A stretch of 64,000 nucleotides of DNA from an uncultured Melioribacteraceae bacterium. Its GTDB lineage: Bacteria; Bacteroidota; Ignavibacteria; Ignavibacteriales; SURF-24. The notes beneath the pieces are model-generated. The model was not told the origin of the DNA and ran no database searches. It saw only the letters and a program-made list of their open reading frames with translations. Of this stretch, positions 39,351 through 49,165 are shown piece after piece. Position 1 is the first letter of the stretch. Each line of letters begins with the position of its first letter. The stretch is from positions 913 to 64,912 of the forward strand of contig CBDUBH010000005.1 of assembly GCA_965365345.1 (NCBI GenBank), written 5' to 3'. The position numbers and the translations under genes are program-made.

Positions 39351-40843
39351 TTCATTTCTCCTTTGCTGTCGTTCAAAGTTGTTACTATGTTAAACTTGTA
39401 TGCCTTATAATCTCTAAGCGGTTCAAATATAATTCCGCTAAGAAGAGCATCATTATATGAATAAGATAATTTAGTTAATACGTCCCTGCCCATTGCATAT
39501 CCGGTAAGATTAAGTTTTAGTGATGCATCTGTGGTTAATCCGGTAAACCAAATATTTCTTCTTTGATCTGCATACACCGCAATTTTTTTAAGTGCCGAAC
39601 TTAGCATTCCGGTATTTTGTGAATAGGTTTGAATGATTCTGCTGCTTTGTTCAAAGTTATTAATTTTATTTTGATAATTTTGAATCTGTGCAGAGATCTC
39701 TTTATTTTCAGCTTCAACTTGAAGGAGTTCGTTAATTCTTGAATCCATTTTTTTGATATTTGCATTTCTGTTCAATATCAAATATGTCATTCCAAAGACC
39801 GATGCGAAAAGTATTATCAATAATACATAACTTTCCCAGCCGAATGGTTTTTGCTCTTCAACAATATATTTCGGAAGAAGATTTATTGATCTTTCCTTCG
39901 GTTGATTATAATGTTCTTCAATCGCAGCAATGTTTACGCTGTATGCAGATATATCATAATTAAAAGGATTTTTCCCGGGGATCTTAAAATTATCAAAGCT
40001 TATATTTTTTATTTCCGCTTCGGGATATGAATGTTTCAATGCGCTTTGCAAAGCATCGGATTTATCTTCACCGAAAATGAAGACCTTATTAATATTGGCG
40101 ATCGAAGCGTTTTCCATTTCAAGAAGAATTTTTGACATTATTACATAATAAGGATTTGAGCTGTTTTTGCCTGCGTTTACGGTGCTTCCGATGTGAAGAA
40201 TTTTTTCGCCTTTTAAAAAGATAATTTTAGAATAATCTTTTCCGATGTATAAAATCAGGGAGTTTTCGTTAGCAAGTAATTTTTCTTTTTTGGTAACAAA
40301 ATTCACAAGAAGAATTTCAGCATTTTTAACTGAATCAATTTTTATGAATCTTTCCTGATTCAATTTCGCAAGTGAATCCAATGCTTGCAGATAATTTGAT
40401 TTTCCCGAAGGGTAAATCAGTAATTTTGATTTTCCAACAATATCAACAATACCGAAGTTGTCTTTTTTCCCTTTTCCATTTGAACCGATATTATAATTTG
40501 AAAGATCTTTTTCATCATCCACTTTTTGAAAGTGCACCGCCGGCTCTGCCAATACCGGAATGAATTTGATTTTCTTTAATTCTTCTCCGTCAAAAAATTT
40601 ATTTAATGACTGGATATAGGAATTGTTAAAAGCTGAACTATCACTTACAGTTTCAAAATTCAGCATTTCGATTTGGCTGTTCTCATCAACATAAGCCGTT
40701 GCTGGCTGCTGCTTTTCAGAAAATGCCATTGATGCACTTATTGATTCAGCTTTAATGAGATGCAAGTTTTTATCTTTGTCTTTTGAAAACAAAGTAACTT
40801 TGCTATCATTTCCTTCAAAATATATAACTGCTGTTTTTTCCAT
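39347..40843 (-). CDS. PilM/PilN-like fusion
   Basis: Actin-like remnants (LILYIGKDYSKIIF), INLLP junction motif, TM helix, coiled coil, IWFTGL...LTGYA. Confidence 0.65.
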   Translation of the reverse strand: MEKTAVIYFEGNDSKVTLFSKDKDKNLHLIKAESISASMAFSEKQQPATAYVDENSQIEMLNFETVSDSSAFNNSYIQSLNKFFDGEELKKIKFIPVLAEPAVHFQKVDDEKDLSNYNIGSNGKGKKDNFGIVDIVGKSKLLIYPSGKSNYLQALDSLAKLNQERFIKIDSVKNAEILLVNFVTKKEKLLANENSLILYIGKDYSKIIFLKGEKILHIGSTVNAGKNSSNPYYVIMSKILLEMENASIANINKVFIFGEDKSDALQSALKHSYPEAEIKNISFDNFKIPGKNPFNYDISAYSVNIAAIEEHYNQPKERSINLLPKYIVEEQKPFGWESYVLLIILFASVFGMTYLILNRNANIKKMDSRINELLQVEAENKEISAQIQNYQNKINNFEQSSRIIQTYSQNTGMLSSALKKIAVYADQRRNIWFTGLTTDASLKLNLTGYAMGRDVLTKLSYSYNDALLSGIIFEPLRDYKAYKFNIVTTLNDSKGEMK

Positions 40844-42127
40844 TTATAAAACTCCGAGTATTTGTTTAAATACTGTCTTATTATTTGCAAATTGAAGTGC
40901 CATTTCAAGCGAAATCCTATTTTCCAAATAAAGCCGTTTCAGATCTTGCTCCATAGTTACCATTCCCAAAGGCGCACCCTGATTTATCATCAAATAAATT
41001 TCACCGGTATTGTTATTTTTTATCGCTGCACGTACGTTTGGAGTCACAACTAAAACTTCTTTTGCCAGAATCATTTTGCCATCTAATGAAGGAATTAATT
41101 TTTGTGAAACGATCATTGTTAAAACATCTGCCAACCTGTTGCGGACGCGCTCCTGTTCGCGTTCATCCATTTCAGCAACAATTCTATCAATTGATTCTAC
41201 CGCAGATGAAGTATGAAGTGTTGAAAAAACTTTATGTCCTGTATCAGTAACTTCCAGTGCTGCCATTATTGTTTCAGGATCACGCATTTCACCGATTATC
41301 ATTACATCCAAATCCTGACGCAATGCTTGAATTACGCCTTCCTGAAAAGTGCGGACATCTTTTCCAACTTCTCTTTGTCTGATGATACATTTTTTTGAAC
41401 GGTGAACATATTCAAGCGGTGATGCGATTGTAACAACGTGGGCTTTAACATTGTGATTGTGCCAATCAACAATTGCATCAAGCGTTGTTGATTTACCGGA
41501 ACCGGTAACACCTGTTATTAGAGTTAGACCTTGTCTGACATGATTAAATGACATCAATTTTAAAACATTAGGATGAAATCCCAATGCATCAAGCGGACGC
41601 AATTCAGGCACTATCGAACGCATGTTTAACGCAAGTTTATCAACATCAAAATATGCGTCAACTCTGAATCGTAATTCGGCAAGATCATTTTCAAATTTAT
41701 TGTAAACATTTTCTGCATAACTGAATGTATATGAAAAATCAAGATTACGAAACTCTTCCAAAATTTTTGTTTGCTTATCACTCATCAAACTTAAAATTAA
41801 AATGGCAGTTTCATCATCGGAAAGATCCGGAATATCCGGAACCGGTTCTTTATCGCCGTAAATTCTGAACCAAACTTTTCCATTGCTGCCGTAACCGCCG
41901 ATCTCAATGTCTGAAGCGTTCCTGTCAACCATCAAGCGCAGCATTCCGTTTACAACTTCATTTAAAATATATTTTTCTTCATTCGAAATTTCACTGAAAT
42001 GTTCAATTAAATACGAAACTCTTTCAGCTCCTTTCAAGTAGCGCGGAATTTTACCTGAGTAATTTTTTAAAATGTCTTTGGCTTCATTTGAAATTATATC
42101 TTTGGTTTCGAAAATTTTGGTTTCCAT
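40844..42127 (-). CDS. pilT: PilT/PilU retraction ATPase
   Basis: GVTGSGKSTT, QREVGKD, ALRQDLD, GEMRD, TGHKVFSTLH, AAIK (AIRNLIRE-like). Confidence 0.9.
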   Translation of the reverse strand: METKIFETKDIISNEAKDILKNYSGKIPRYLKGAERVSYLIEHFSEISNEEKYILNEVVNGMLRLMVDRNASDIEIGGYGSNGKVWFRIYGDKEPVPDIPDLSDDETAILILSLMSDKQTKILEEFRNLDFSYTFSYAENVYNKFENDLAELRFRVDAYFDVDKLALNMRSIVPELRPLDALGFHPNVLKLMSFNHVRQGLTLITGVTGSGKSTTLDAIVDWHNHNVKAHVVTIASPLEYVHRSKKCIIRQREVGKDVRTFQEGVIQALRQDLDVMIIGEMRDPETIMAALEVTDTGHKVFSTLHTSSAVESIDRIVAEMDEREQERVRNRLADVLTMIVSQKLIPSLDGKMILAKEVLVVTPNVRAAIKNNNTGEIYLMINQGAPLGMVTMEQDLKRLYLENRISLEMALQFANNKTVFKQILGVL

Positions 42128-42129
42128 AA

Positions 42130-43944
42130 TTAATTTTCCATTGTGCTAGAAATTACTTCTTCAAATGAGGTTAATCCTTTTTTAACTTTTTCGAATCCCG
42201 ATTCGCGCAAAGTTAAAGTACCTTGTCTTTTTGCAATCTGTTTGATCGCATCTTCATCTATTTCAGCGCCTGCGTTAAATATTTCGTGACTTATTTCTTT
42301 TGTAAAATAAAGCGCTTCGTGAATTGCCATTCTTCCTTTGAATCCCGTGTAACTGCATTTTTCGCAACCTGCCGGTTCATAAATTTCAACTCCCAACCAA
42401 TCAGCAGGATTTAATCCCAGACTTTCAAAAACATGATCTGTTAGATCAGTTCTTTTTCTTTTACAATCATTGCATAAAACTCTTATCAATCTTTGCGCAA
42501 CTATCATGTTTATTGCATAAGCCAATAAAAATGGTTCAACACCCATTTTATATAATCTTGAAATTGCGCTTGGCGCATCGTTTGTATGAAGCGTTGTGAA
42601 TGTTAAATGTCCCGTATTTGCAAGCTTTATTGCGATATCAGCAGTTTCCTTATCACGAATTTCACCTACTAAAACTATATCAGGATCATGACGAAGAATT
42701 GACCTTACTGCTTGTTCAAAATTCATTTTATGCCCGATCTTTAACTGGCGAGCACCGGCAATTGCATATTCAACCGGATCTTCTACAGTTAAAACATTAA
42801 CTGAAGGATTTATAACTTGATGAAGCGCTGCGACAAGCGTTGTACTTTTTCCGCAGCCGGTCGGTCCGGTTAGAATTATCATTCCTTGCGGTTTACGAAT
42901 TGATTTTTCAAATGCTTCCCTTGCATATCCCATCAAGCCGAGTTGTTCTAGATTTGTAATTACTTTTCTATCATCAAGAACGCGAATTACAACACTTTCA
43001 AATTTGCTTTTAATTTCTGTACCGACAGTCGGCAAAATTGAAACTCTGAAACGGATCAATTGCCCGTCAATTTCGCGTTGCATATAGCCATCTTGAGGAC
43101 GTTCACGTTCAAATCTGTCTAAACCTTTCGATCTGTCTTTTACTACAGCCACTATTGCTTCGGCTAAAGTGCTTTCCTGTTTATGCCAAAGCACTAACTT
43201 ACCATCAAGTCTTATATAAATTGTAACGCATTTACTTGAAATTGGTATTATATGAATATCGCTTGCGCCTTTTCTAACCGCTTCAACTAAAACGCCTTCA
43301 AATAAATTTATAAGCGCGCTCTTATTTATTTCCGCTTCTACAAGAGTTTCATCTAAAGAATAATCATCCTGGTCAACAAGATATTCTTCTTCAATTGTTT
43401 CTAAATTTTTCAGATACTCATTTTCGGGAGGAAATATTTTTTCTATTAGAATTTCATAATCGGCCAAAGGAAAAAATGTAACTTCAAATTTTACAAAATT
43501 TAATTTGTAAATTAATTTCGGAATTTCTCTATCAGTAGGATCAACTGCTCCAAGAATAATTCTATCTCTTTCATATTCATCGTTCATCAAGGGAATTATT
43601 TTATGGTGAAGCATTTTATTTTTTAATTCTTCGCCGAATGAATTTATATTTTTTTTAATAGCGCCTAATTTTTCTTGCGAAAATTCATTCACATTTAATT
43701 TTAAAATCCTGAATGCGTAAAGCTGGGCTATCTCTTTGAAAATTATATCGTGATCAAATCCGAAATCCTGCACAAGAATTTGCGCAAGGTTTCTTCTTAC
43801 TTTTTCATTTTCGTTTTGCTTAATTTCGGAAGCTTCCGCCAAAGTTTTTGAATCGATTATTCCTTTTTTGTAAAGGATAAATCCGATCCTGTCGCTGATG
43901 TTTAATTCCGAAATTATTCTTAGATCAACACTGTTATCTTTCAT
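42130..43944 (-). CDS. pilB: PilB/GspE assembly ATPase
   Basis: ASDIH, GPTGCGKSTT, TVEDPVEY, LRHDPD, GEIRD, CxxC...CxxC zinc motif. Confidence 0.93.
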   Translation of the reverse strand: MKDNSVDLRIISELNISDRIGFILYKKGIIDSKTLAEASEIKQNENEKVRRNLAQILVQDFGFDHDIIFKEIAQLYAFRILKLNVNEFSQEKLGAIKKNINSFGEELKNKMLHHKIIPLMNDEYERDRIILGAVDPTDREIPKLIYKLNFVKFEVTFFPLADYEILIEKIFPPENEYLKNLETIEEEYLVDQDDYSLDETLVEAEINKSALINLFEGVLVEAVRKGASDIHIIPISSKCVTIYIRLDGKLVLWHKQESTLAEAIVAVVKDRSKGLDRFERERPQDGYMQREIDGQLIRFRVSILPTVGTEIKSKFESVVIRVLDDRKVITNLEQLGLMGYAREAFEKSIRKPQGMIILTGPTGCGKSTTLVAALHQVINPSVNVLTVEDPVEYAIAGARQLKIGHKMNFEQAVRSILRHDPDIVLVGEIRDKETADIAIKLANTGHLTFTTLHTNDAPSAISRLYKMGVEPFLLAYAINMIVAQRLIRVLCNDCKRKRTDLTDHVFESLGLNPADWLGVEIYEPAGCEKCSYTGFKGRMAIHEALYFTKEISHEIFNAGAEIDEDAIKQIAKRQGTLTLRESGFEKVKKGLTSFEEVISSTMEN

Positions 43945-45335
43945 GATCTGAAATCCGTTTCATTTTGGAATTGAGTATTTTCAACTGTCCTGTCAATTAC
44001 GCCTGCTTTTTTCGGTTTTATAATTGCGGTTTCCGCTGAGATCAAAGTCAATGCGATCATCACCAAAGTGATTATTATCGCTATCGTGATCTGAACCCAT
44101 TCAATGAAATTTTTGAGTCTGTAAACCGTATCGCTTTCGTAATAATTTGCGAGCTGCATTGTTGTATTTTTGATATTTCCGGTTTCTTCTCCGGCTTTGA
44201 ATTTCGATATTGCAGTATCGGTGAAAACTCCGGAAGCGAGTAATCCATCAGAAACTCCGACTCCTCTTTTGCGCATCATTGGAAGCGCAATAAGTTTTAC
44301 ACTTTCTTCAAAGAATTTATTTCCGGTAGCTTCGGCGCCTATTCTGATCGGAGTTATGCTTTCTGCCGAGCTGCTGTAAAGTGTGTAAAAAACCCGGCAA
44401 AAAATTTCTATTAAAGTTCTGTGGATCAAATCGCCGATGTATGGAATTTTAAGAAGGTATTTATCAAATTTTACTCTGCCGCGGTGATGCTTATAAAGCC
44501 TCCACAAAAATATTAAAGGAAGTATATGCAGAAGAGTTATGATCAAAATATTATCCTGCAAAAATTCACTCATCTTCAAAGTAAATGCGGTCATAGGTGG
44601 AAGTTTTATTTGAAATTTCATAAACATCTTTGCAGTTTCGGGAAAAATATAAGCTACGTACCAAATAACCGTTCCGAATAAAATCACCAATGTTACCAAA
44701 GGAGTAATTAAAGCGCTTCGCAAACTTTTTTTGAATTCAATTCTTCTTTCCATAAATTTGGCTGTTGCTCTGTAAATTTCTGCCATATCACCAGATTTTG
44801 AAGCGAGCCCGAGCATGAATGCAACAAATCTTCCCAAAACATGCTGATGTTTTAAGAATGCCTGTTCACTGTCGGTTCCTTTTTTTAACTCTTTATTAAT
44901 ATCCTGTAAAGTTTCTTTTAAAACTTTATTGCGCGTATCGTTAATTAGAAAAGTCAAGATCTCGCCATAGTTCATTTTCTGTTCGAGCATATCTGCGCTT
45001 ACTTTAATGAAATTAAGAATATCCGGCTGTGATGGTTTACGATTTGTGGAAATCAGTTTTTCATTAACATGAATTTTGTCGTAACCGAGTTTATACAAAA
45101 CCTCTAATACTTCTTTTTTATTAAAAGCGCGCTGCTCGCCTTGAACATAATTTCCGCCATTCTTTTTGGCTTTATAAATGAAGGTTCTTTTTCTCTCAAC
45201 CTTTTTAAGATTGAAATTATTTTGAGAAGCGATAAGTTTTATCTTATGCTTTCCATTCGATTGAGAATCGGCGGTAACTATACCGCCGATTGTTGAACCA
45301 TCAATTTTTTCTGCTGTAAATTTTAGTTCGATCAT
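43941..45335 (-). CDS. pilC: PilC/GspF inner-membrane platform protein
   Basis: Two T2SSF repeats, LPPMT, AGEETG, QLANYYE. Confidence 0.88.
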   Translation of the reverse strand: MIELKFTAEKIDGSTIGGIVTADSQSNGKHKIKLIASQNNFNLKKVERKRTFIYKAKKNGGNYVQGEQRAFNKKEVLEVLYKLGYDKIHVNEKLISTNRKPSQPDILNFIKVSADMLEQKMNYGEILTFLINDTRNKVLKETLQDINKELKKGTDSEQAFLKHQHVLGRFVAFMLGLASKSGDMAEIYRATAKFMERRIEFKKSLRSALITPLVTLVILFGTVIWYVAYIFPETAKMFMKFQIKLPPMTAFTLKMSEFLQDNILIITLLHILPLIFLWRLYKHHRGRVKFDKYLLKIPYIGDLIHRTLIEIFCRVFYTLYSSSAESITPIRIGAEATGNKFFEESVKLIALPMMRKRGVGVSDGLLASGVFTDTAISKFKAGEETGNIKNTTMQLANYYESDTVYRLKNFIEWVQITIAIIITLVMIALTLISAETAIIKPKKAGVIDRTVENTQFQNETDFRS

Positions 45336-45373
45336 AATTTTTTTATATATTAAAGTAGTTTATGGTAATTCTA

Positions 45374-45787
45374 CTATGGTGTTGCAACTGTCGTTGTAAT
45401 ATTAAGTGGAGTAACAACACATGATACTTCCCAATTGTATTGTAGTGCGTCGTTTGGATCTGCTGTAATCGTAATAGATTGATCGCCTTCTGTCAGTACG
45501 TACCCTGCTGTCGTTGCATAACCATCTGTACCAATTACACCTGCATTTTCAGTTGCTTCCATTCTTCCTGGGATTTCATATCCTGTAAATGAATTACCTC
45601 CTCCGCCCATTGCAACCGGTTTTTTGTACCATTGCTGCGCATTTGCACCGATTGCCATACATTGTGCTACCAATTCATCTTTTACTGCTTCTTCGGCTCC
45701 GGCATTAAACATCCCGATTCCTGCAACTATAGCGATACCGACTATAATTACGCCAAGTACTATTAAGAGCAATTGTTGTTGTCCCAT
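45374..45787 (-). CDS. Probable major pilin with atypical N-terminus (MGQQQLLL...)
   Basis: 137 aa, N-terminal hydrophobic helix, two Cys, strong AAGGAG RBS, directly upstream of pilC. Confidence 0.7.
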   Translation of the reverse strand: MGQQQLLLIVLGVIIVGIAIVAGIGMFNAGAEEAVKDELVAQCMAIGANAQQWYKKPVAMGGGGNSFTGYEIPGRMEATENAGVIGTDGYATTAGYVLTEGDQSITITADPNDALQYNWEVSCVVTPLNITTTVATP

Positions 45788-45976
45788 TTCAGATCTCCTT
45801 TAAATGTTTGTTAAGAAATTAATTTTAAATTGACTGTATTTTTTGTTATGGATCAATTGTTGATCTTCTTAATTTTTGATATTAGCAATCTTATAAATAC
45901 AATTTTTATGTAAAGCCCGTGTAATTCATTCCCGCTCCTAATTGTTATTGTTAAATAAAAACCTGTTTACATTTTA

Positions 45977-47305
45977 TCATTCAAGCCAGGAAACAACTTC
46001 ATAATTTTTTGTATAAGGAAAATAAAGCGGAGGTCTAACCAAAAATCTTTCATCTAAAACTACATGCCTGTTGTATCCGGCTATCAATTTATTTTTATCA
46101 TAGATCGCAACCATTTCTTCTTTTCCGGCTGTCATAGAGCCGCGCAAATAAATTGTACCTGTTTTTGTGGTTTTATAAGTTGTGGTTAGATCAATCAAAT
46201 TAAATCCTCCTGAACGGCAGAAAATTGCACCATCAATTCTTAGATCTTTATTTACAATATTTGGAGTATACCCGCCTGAGGCAACAGAAGAAGCGATGTT
46301 TACATTATTTGTAGCGATAATTCCCATTACATCATCACAGGCATCATTTGGAATGTATCCACCCATTCCATCGGGCAACATCGGATCTGTTTCATAGACA
46401 AGATCATCTACAAAATAAACATTACCGCCTCCTGAGCCGGAACTCTGATCTGCCACTATCGTAACTTCGCCGTTAAGCGTTCCGGAAATATAAATATCAC
46501 CTTTATCCAAATAAATTATATTTGTCGGAGCCATTGTAGCTAACGGAAGAGTAATTGGAGCAGAATAATTTGCGATATCATCTTTTACATTTGTAGCAGC
46601 AGTTCTGTAAGTTACGGTTCCATCTGCATTGAATCTTAACCAAAGATTTTGGCTATTAAAATAACATGTCCCGCCTTGTGCCTGTCCTTCTAATGCAGCA
46701 GCCGTTTGACTTGGAAATCCCATATTTTTATCCCATGAAACTTCAACACCTGTAACCAATCCGCCTAAAAATTGCGGATGCGATCCCGGTGACATATTTA
46801 CTTTTCCATCAACTGAAACTTTACCGTAAAACACCGGATCACCTTCAATATTTAAAGATTGATTAGAATGAAATCCTCCCCAAACCGTATCTCCGGTAAT
46901 CCATGTTCTTTTGTTTCCACTTCCTGTTGAAACTGATGCAATAAACCACGCATATTTTGCGTATGAAGCTTTCATCAATTTTACTTTTACGGTGCGTTCG
47001 AGTCCCATGAAATTTCCGGTTGAAATCAGTTCTTTTGAAATTGTGTCAGGTTCGGTTACGGTTACATTTACAATTCCATTTTGAATTGCAAGATCTTTTA
47101 TTCCTGCATTCCACGCTAAATTAAAATGAACTTTATTCAATGCAATGTTCATTCCGCTTACCGCTATGTTGTGCGAGTTTGTACTTTTGAAATAGTAAAC
47201 ATGATTTTCGGTCGCGCGTGTTGAAAGATCATTCCAAAAATCTCCCATTATCAAAAAGATCAAACTGAAACCAAGAACTAATATTAAAGATGCTTTGCCT
47301 GACAT
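45977..47305 (-). CDS. PilX-like large minor pilin
   Basis: MSGKASLILVL hydrophobic start, SHNIAVSGMN (PilX A..AAEAG-like), GGFHSN, beta-rich C-terminus ending VVSWLE. Confidence 0.7.
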   Translation of the reverse strand: MSGKASLILVLGFSLIFLIMGDFWNDLSTRATENHVYYFKSTNSHNIAVSGMNIALNKVHFNLAWNAGIKDLAIQNGIVNVTVTEPDTISKELISTGNFMGLERTVKVKLMKASYAKYAWFIASVSTGSGNKRTWITGDTVWGGFHSNQSLNIEGDPVFYGKVSVDGKVNMSPGSHPQFLGGLVTGVEVSWDKNMGFPSQTAAALEGQAQGGTCYFNSQNLWLRFNADGTVTYRTAATNVKDDIANYSAPITLPLATMAPTNIIYLDKGDIYISGTLNGEVTIVADQSSGSGGGNVYFVDDLVYETDPMLPDGMGGYIPNDACDDVMGIIATNNVNIASSVASGGYTPNIVNKDLRIDGAIFCRSGGFNLIDLTTTYKTTKTGTIYLRGSMTAGKEEMVAIYDKNKLIAGYNRHVVLDERFLVRPPLYFPYTKNYEVVSWLE

Positions 47306-47320
47306 ATTAAAATTCTCTTT

Positions 47321-47917
47321 TTACCTGTTTGTTAAATTTCTTGCTGAAAGTCTTATCTGCCGCCAATATGCATAATGGTAATCTTCATCGTAAGCGGCTG
47401 TGTTTTCAACTTTTATATCAACCTGCATTGATGAAATTCCTGTTGGAGCCGAACGCGGAGTCGGAATTTCAAATCCGAGAACATCATAAAATTTCATTTT
47501 GAATTCGGTAACACCAAGATTTACACCTTTTGAATCACCATTAATTGAACGGTAAAGTAATCTGTCGTTAGGATTAGGAGTTCCGGAAAGTTCGGAAGTA
47601 TCGCCTAAATAATAATGCATCGTATCAACATCACCGTCAAAATCCGTATCGGTCAAAAATTTAATTTCTGCTGTATCGGCATAAACAATTGCTCTTGCGG
47701 GATTAGGAATGCCGAAAGGATTTTCGCAATAGCCGATCTTTTTGAAATCGTATTCAAGCACTTCAATTGTTGCAACCATATTTTCCTGAATAGTTAATTC
47801 GCCGCTGTAAGTGTAAGTGTTGTGAGTCGCATTATCATTAAATCTGAATAATGTCAGAAGTAAAAATCCGCCTATTATCATTGATCCCAAAACATCTATT
47901 AAAACCGCGAATCCCAT
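47321..47917 (-). CDS. PilW-like minor pilin
   Basis: MGFAVLIDVLGSMIIGG start, IQEN...EYDFKKIGY, C-terminal LSARNL. Confidence 0.7.
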   Translation of the reverse strand: MGFAVLIDVLGSMIIGGFLLLTLFRFNDNATHNTYTYSGELTIQENMVATIEVLEYDFKKIGYCENPFGIPNPARAIVYADTAEIKFLTDTDFDGDVDTMHYYLGDTSELSGTPNPNDRLLYRSINGDSKGVNLGVTEFKMKFYDVLGFEIPTPRSAPTGISSMQVDIKVENTAAYDEDYHYAYWRQIRLSARNLTNR

Positions 47918-47938
47918 TTTAGATTCCTTATTAAAATT

Positions 47939-48442
47939 TTATCTGAAATTCCAATAACTGTAAACCGAAGATTGCCTTATTGTATCGCGCATAAATTTGC
48001 TTGAAACCGTTACTATAATTTTTTTGTGCCATGTTGGGGTTGTAACTTTAACATCTGGATTAGCATCACTTACATAAAAAACTTCACAAGCGATATCGAA
48101 AATTGCAGAAGGCATTGAACTGTCAACTTTTGTATATCCGTTAAAATCATCGAAATCGTTAAAAGTGGTGTAATCTTTTGGGTCTTCACTTCCGTCTTTT
48201 CCAAGACTTCCGGCTGTGGTTAATTGTGTGGTCTTATCTAATGCAACCGTATCAGATTTTTCATCAAAACTTTTACGGCTTGCTTCTTCAATAATTGAAG
48301 TTGTAATTGATGTGCCTAAAATTCCAAAACTTGCATCGTAGAAAACATCTTCGGTTGCAAGTGAATTTTGGTTCACGCGAAATATTATCATAGCCAAGAG
48401 GATCATAGCCCCTAAAGCTAAAATCATTTGGAGATTAGACAT
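47939..48442 (-). CDS. PilV-like minor pilin
   Basis: N-terminal hydrophobic helix, SIIEEA, DFDDFNG, KKIIVTVS. Confidence 0.65.
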   Translation of the reverse strand: MSNLQMILALGAMILLAMIIFRVNQNSLATEDVFYDASFGILGTSITTSIIEEASRKSFDEKSDTVALDKTTQLTTAGSLGKDGSEDPKDYTTFNDFDDFNGYTKVDSSMPSAIFDIACEVFYVSDANPDVKVTTPTWHKKIIVTVSSKFMRDTIRQSSVYSYWNFR

Positions 48443-48482
48443 TTTTATTAGTCTTATTTAAATGACAAACTATCTTTTTAAT

Positions 48483-48499
48483 TTCAAAATCAATGCCAA
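48483..48499 (-). promoter_or_regulatory. Sigma54-type (-24/-12) promoter of the pilus operon
   Basis: Minus strand TTGGCATTGATTTTGAA, i.e. GG-N10-GA (GA in place of the canonical GC), about 40 nt upstream of the first pilin gene. Confidence 0.55.
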
Positions 48500-48580
48500 A
48501 TTCAAAATGTTTATTTTTAATGATTTTTTGAATGAACTTATCTTTTCGTTCAATAATCAGAGTTTAATTTTCATACTCAC

Positions 48581-48597
48581 CGTCTAAATTTTAGACG
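48581..48597. promoter_or_regulatory. Perfect palindrome, candidate enhancer-binding-protein site
   Basis: CGTCTAAA-T-TTTAGACG about 80-100 nt upstream of the sigma54 site; weaker copy at 48561-48577 (11 of 17 match). Confidence 0.55.
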
Positions 48598-48650
48598 CTT
48601 TTTAACAATCCAAAATCTTTTTCGAAAATGTATTATAAAAATGGATCTTT

Positions 48651-49121
48651 ATGAAAAGAGCTTTAATATTTTCGATAGGATTAATTTCGCTTGATCAAAT
48701 TTTGAAATTATTTTTTCAGTTTAATTTTGTTAACGAAAAATTTTTGATCGCAAAAAACTGGGGATTTACTTTTGTTACAAATCCGGGTATCACTTTAAAT
48801 TATTGGATTTCTCCGATGCAAATTTTCGCAATTCAGATATTGCAATTATTTGCGCTCGTAATTTTATATTTCGGGTTTAAAAATATTTTTGAAAAAACGG
48901 GAAATAATTTCCGTCTTGAATTGGCATTTGCTTTTTTTGCCACTGCGTTAACGGGAAATGTTTTATTGGATAGAGTTTTTTTCGGCGGAATAAGAGATTA
49001 TTTTTTAACTCCCGCGGGAGTTGCTAATTTTGCTGATGCATGCGGATTTATTGGATTAATTTTACTTAGCACCGATCTTTTAATTTCAAGAAAGAAATAT
49101 TTGGAGTTAGTTTCTGAATAA
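48651..49121 (+). CDS. Signal peptidase II (LspA)-like protein, divergent paralog
   Basis: LDQILK, NPG, GNVLLDRV, IRDY, NFAD motifs; 4 TM helices. Confidence 0.7.
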   Translation: MKRALIFSIGLISLDQILKLFFQFNFVNEKFLIAKNWGFTFVTNPGITLNYWISPMQIFAIQILQLFALVILYFGFKNIFEKTGNNFRLELAFAFFATALTGNVLLDRVFFGGIRDYFLTPAGVANFADACGFIGLILLSTDLLISRKKYLELVSE

Positions 49122-49165
49122 ATTTGATCAAAATAAATTTTAGTTTTATTTTTTATTATAGTAAA

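Noticed and set aside
48581-48597. CGTCTAA within the palindrome as another ECF promoter
   Set aside because: No AAC -35 element at 16-17 nt spacing on either strand; better explained as a dimeric regulator site.
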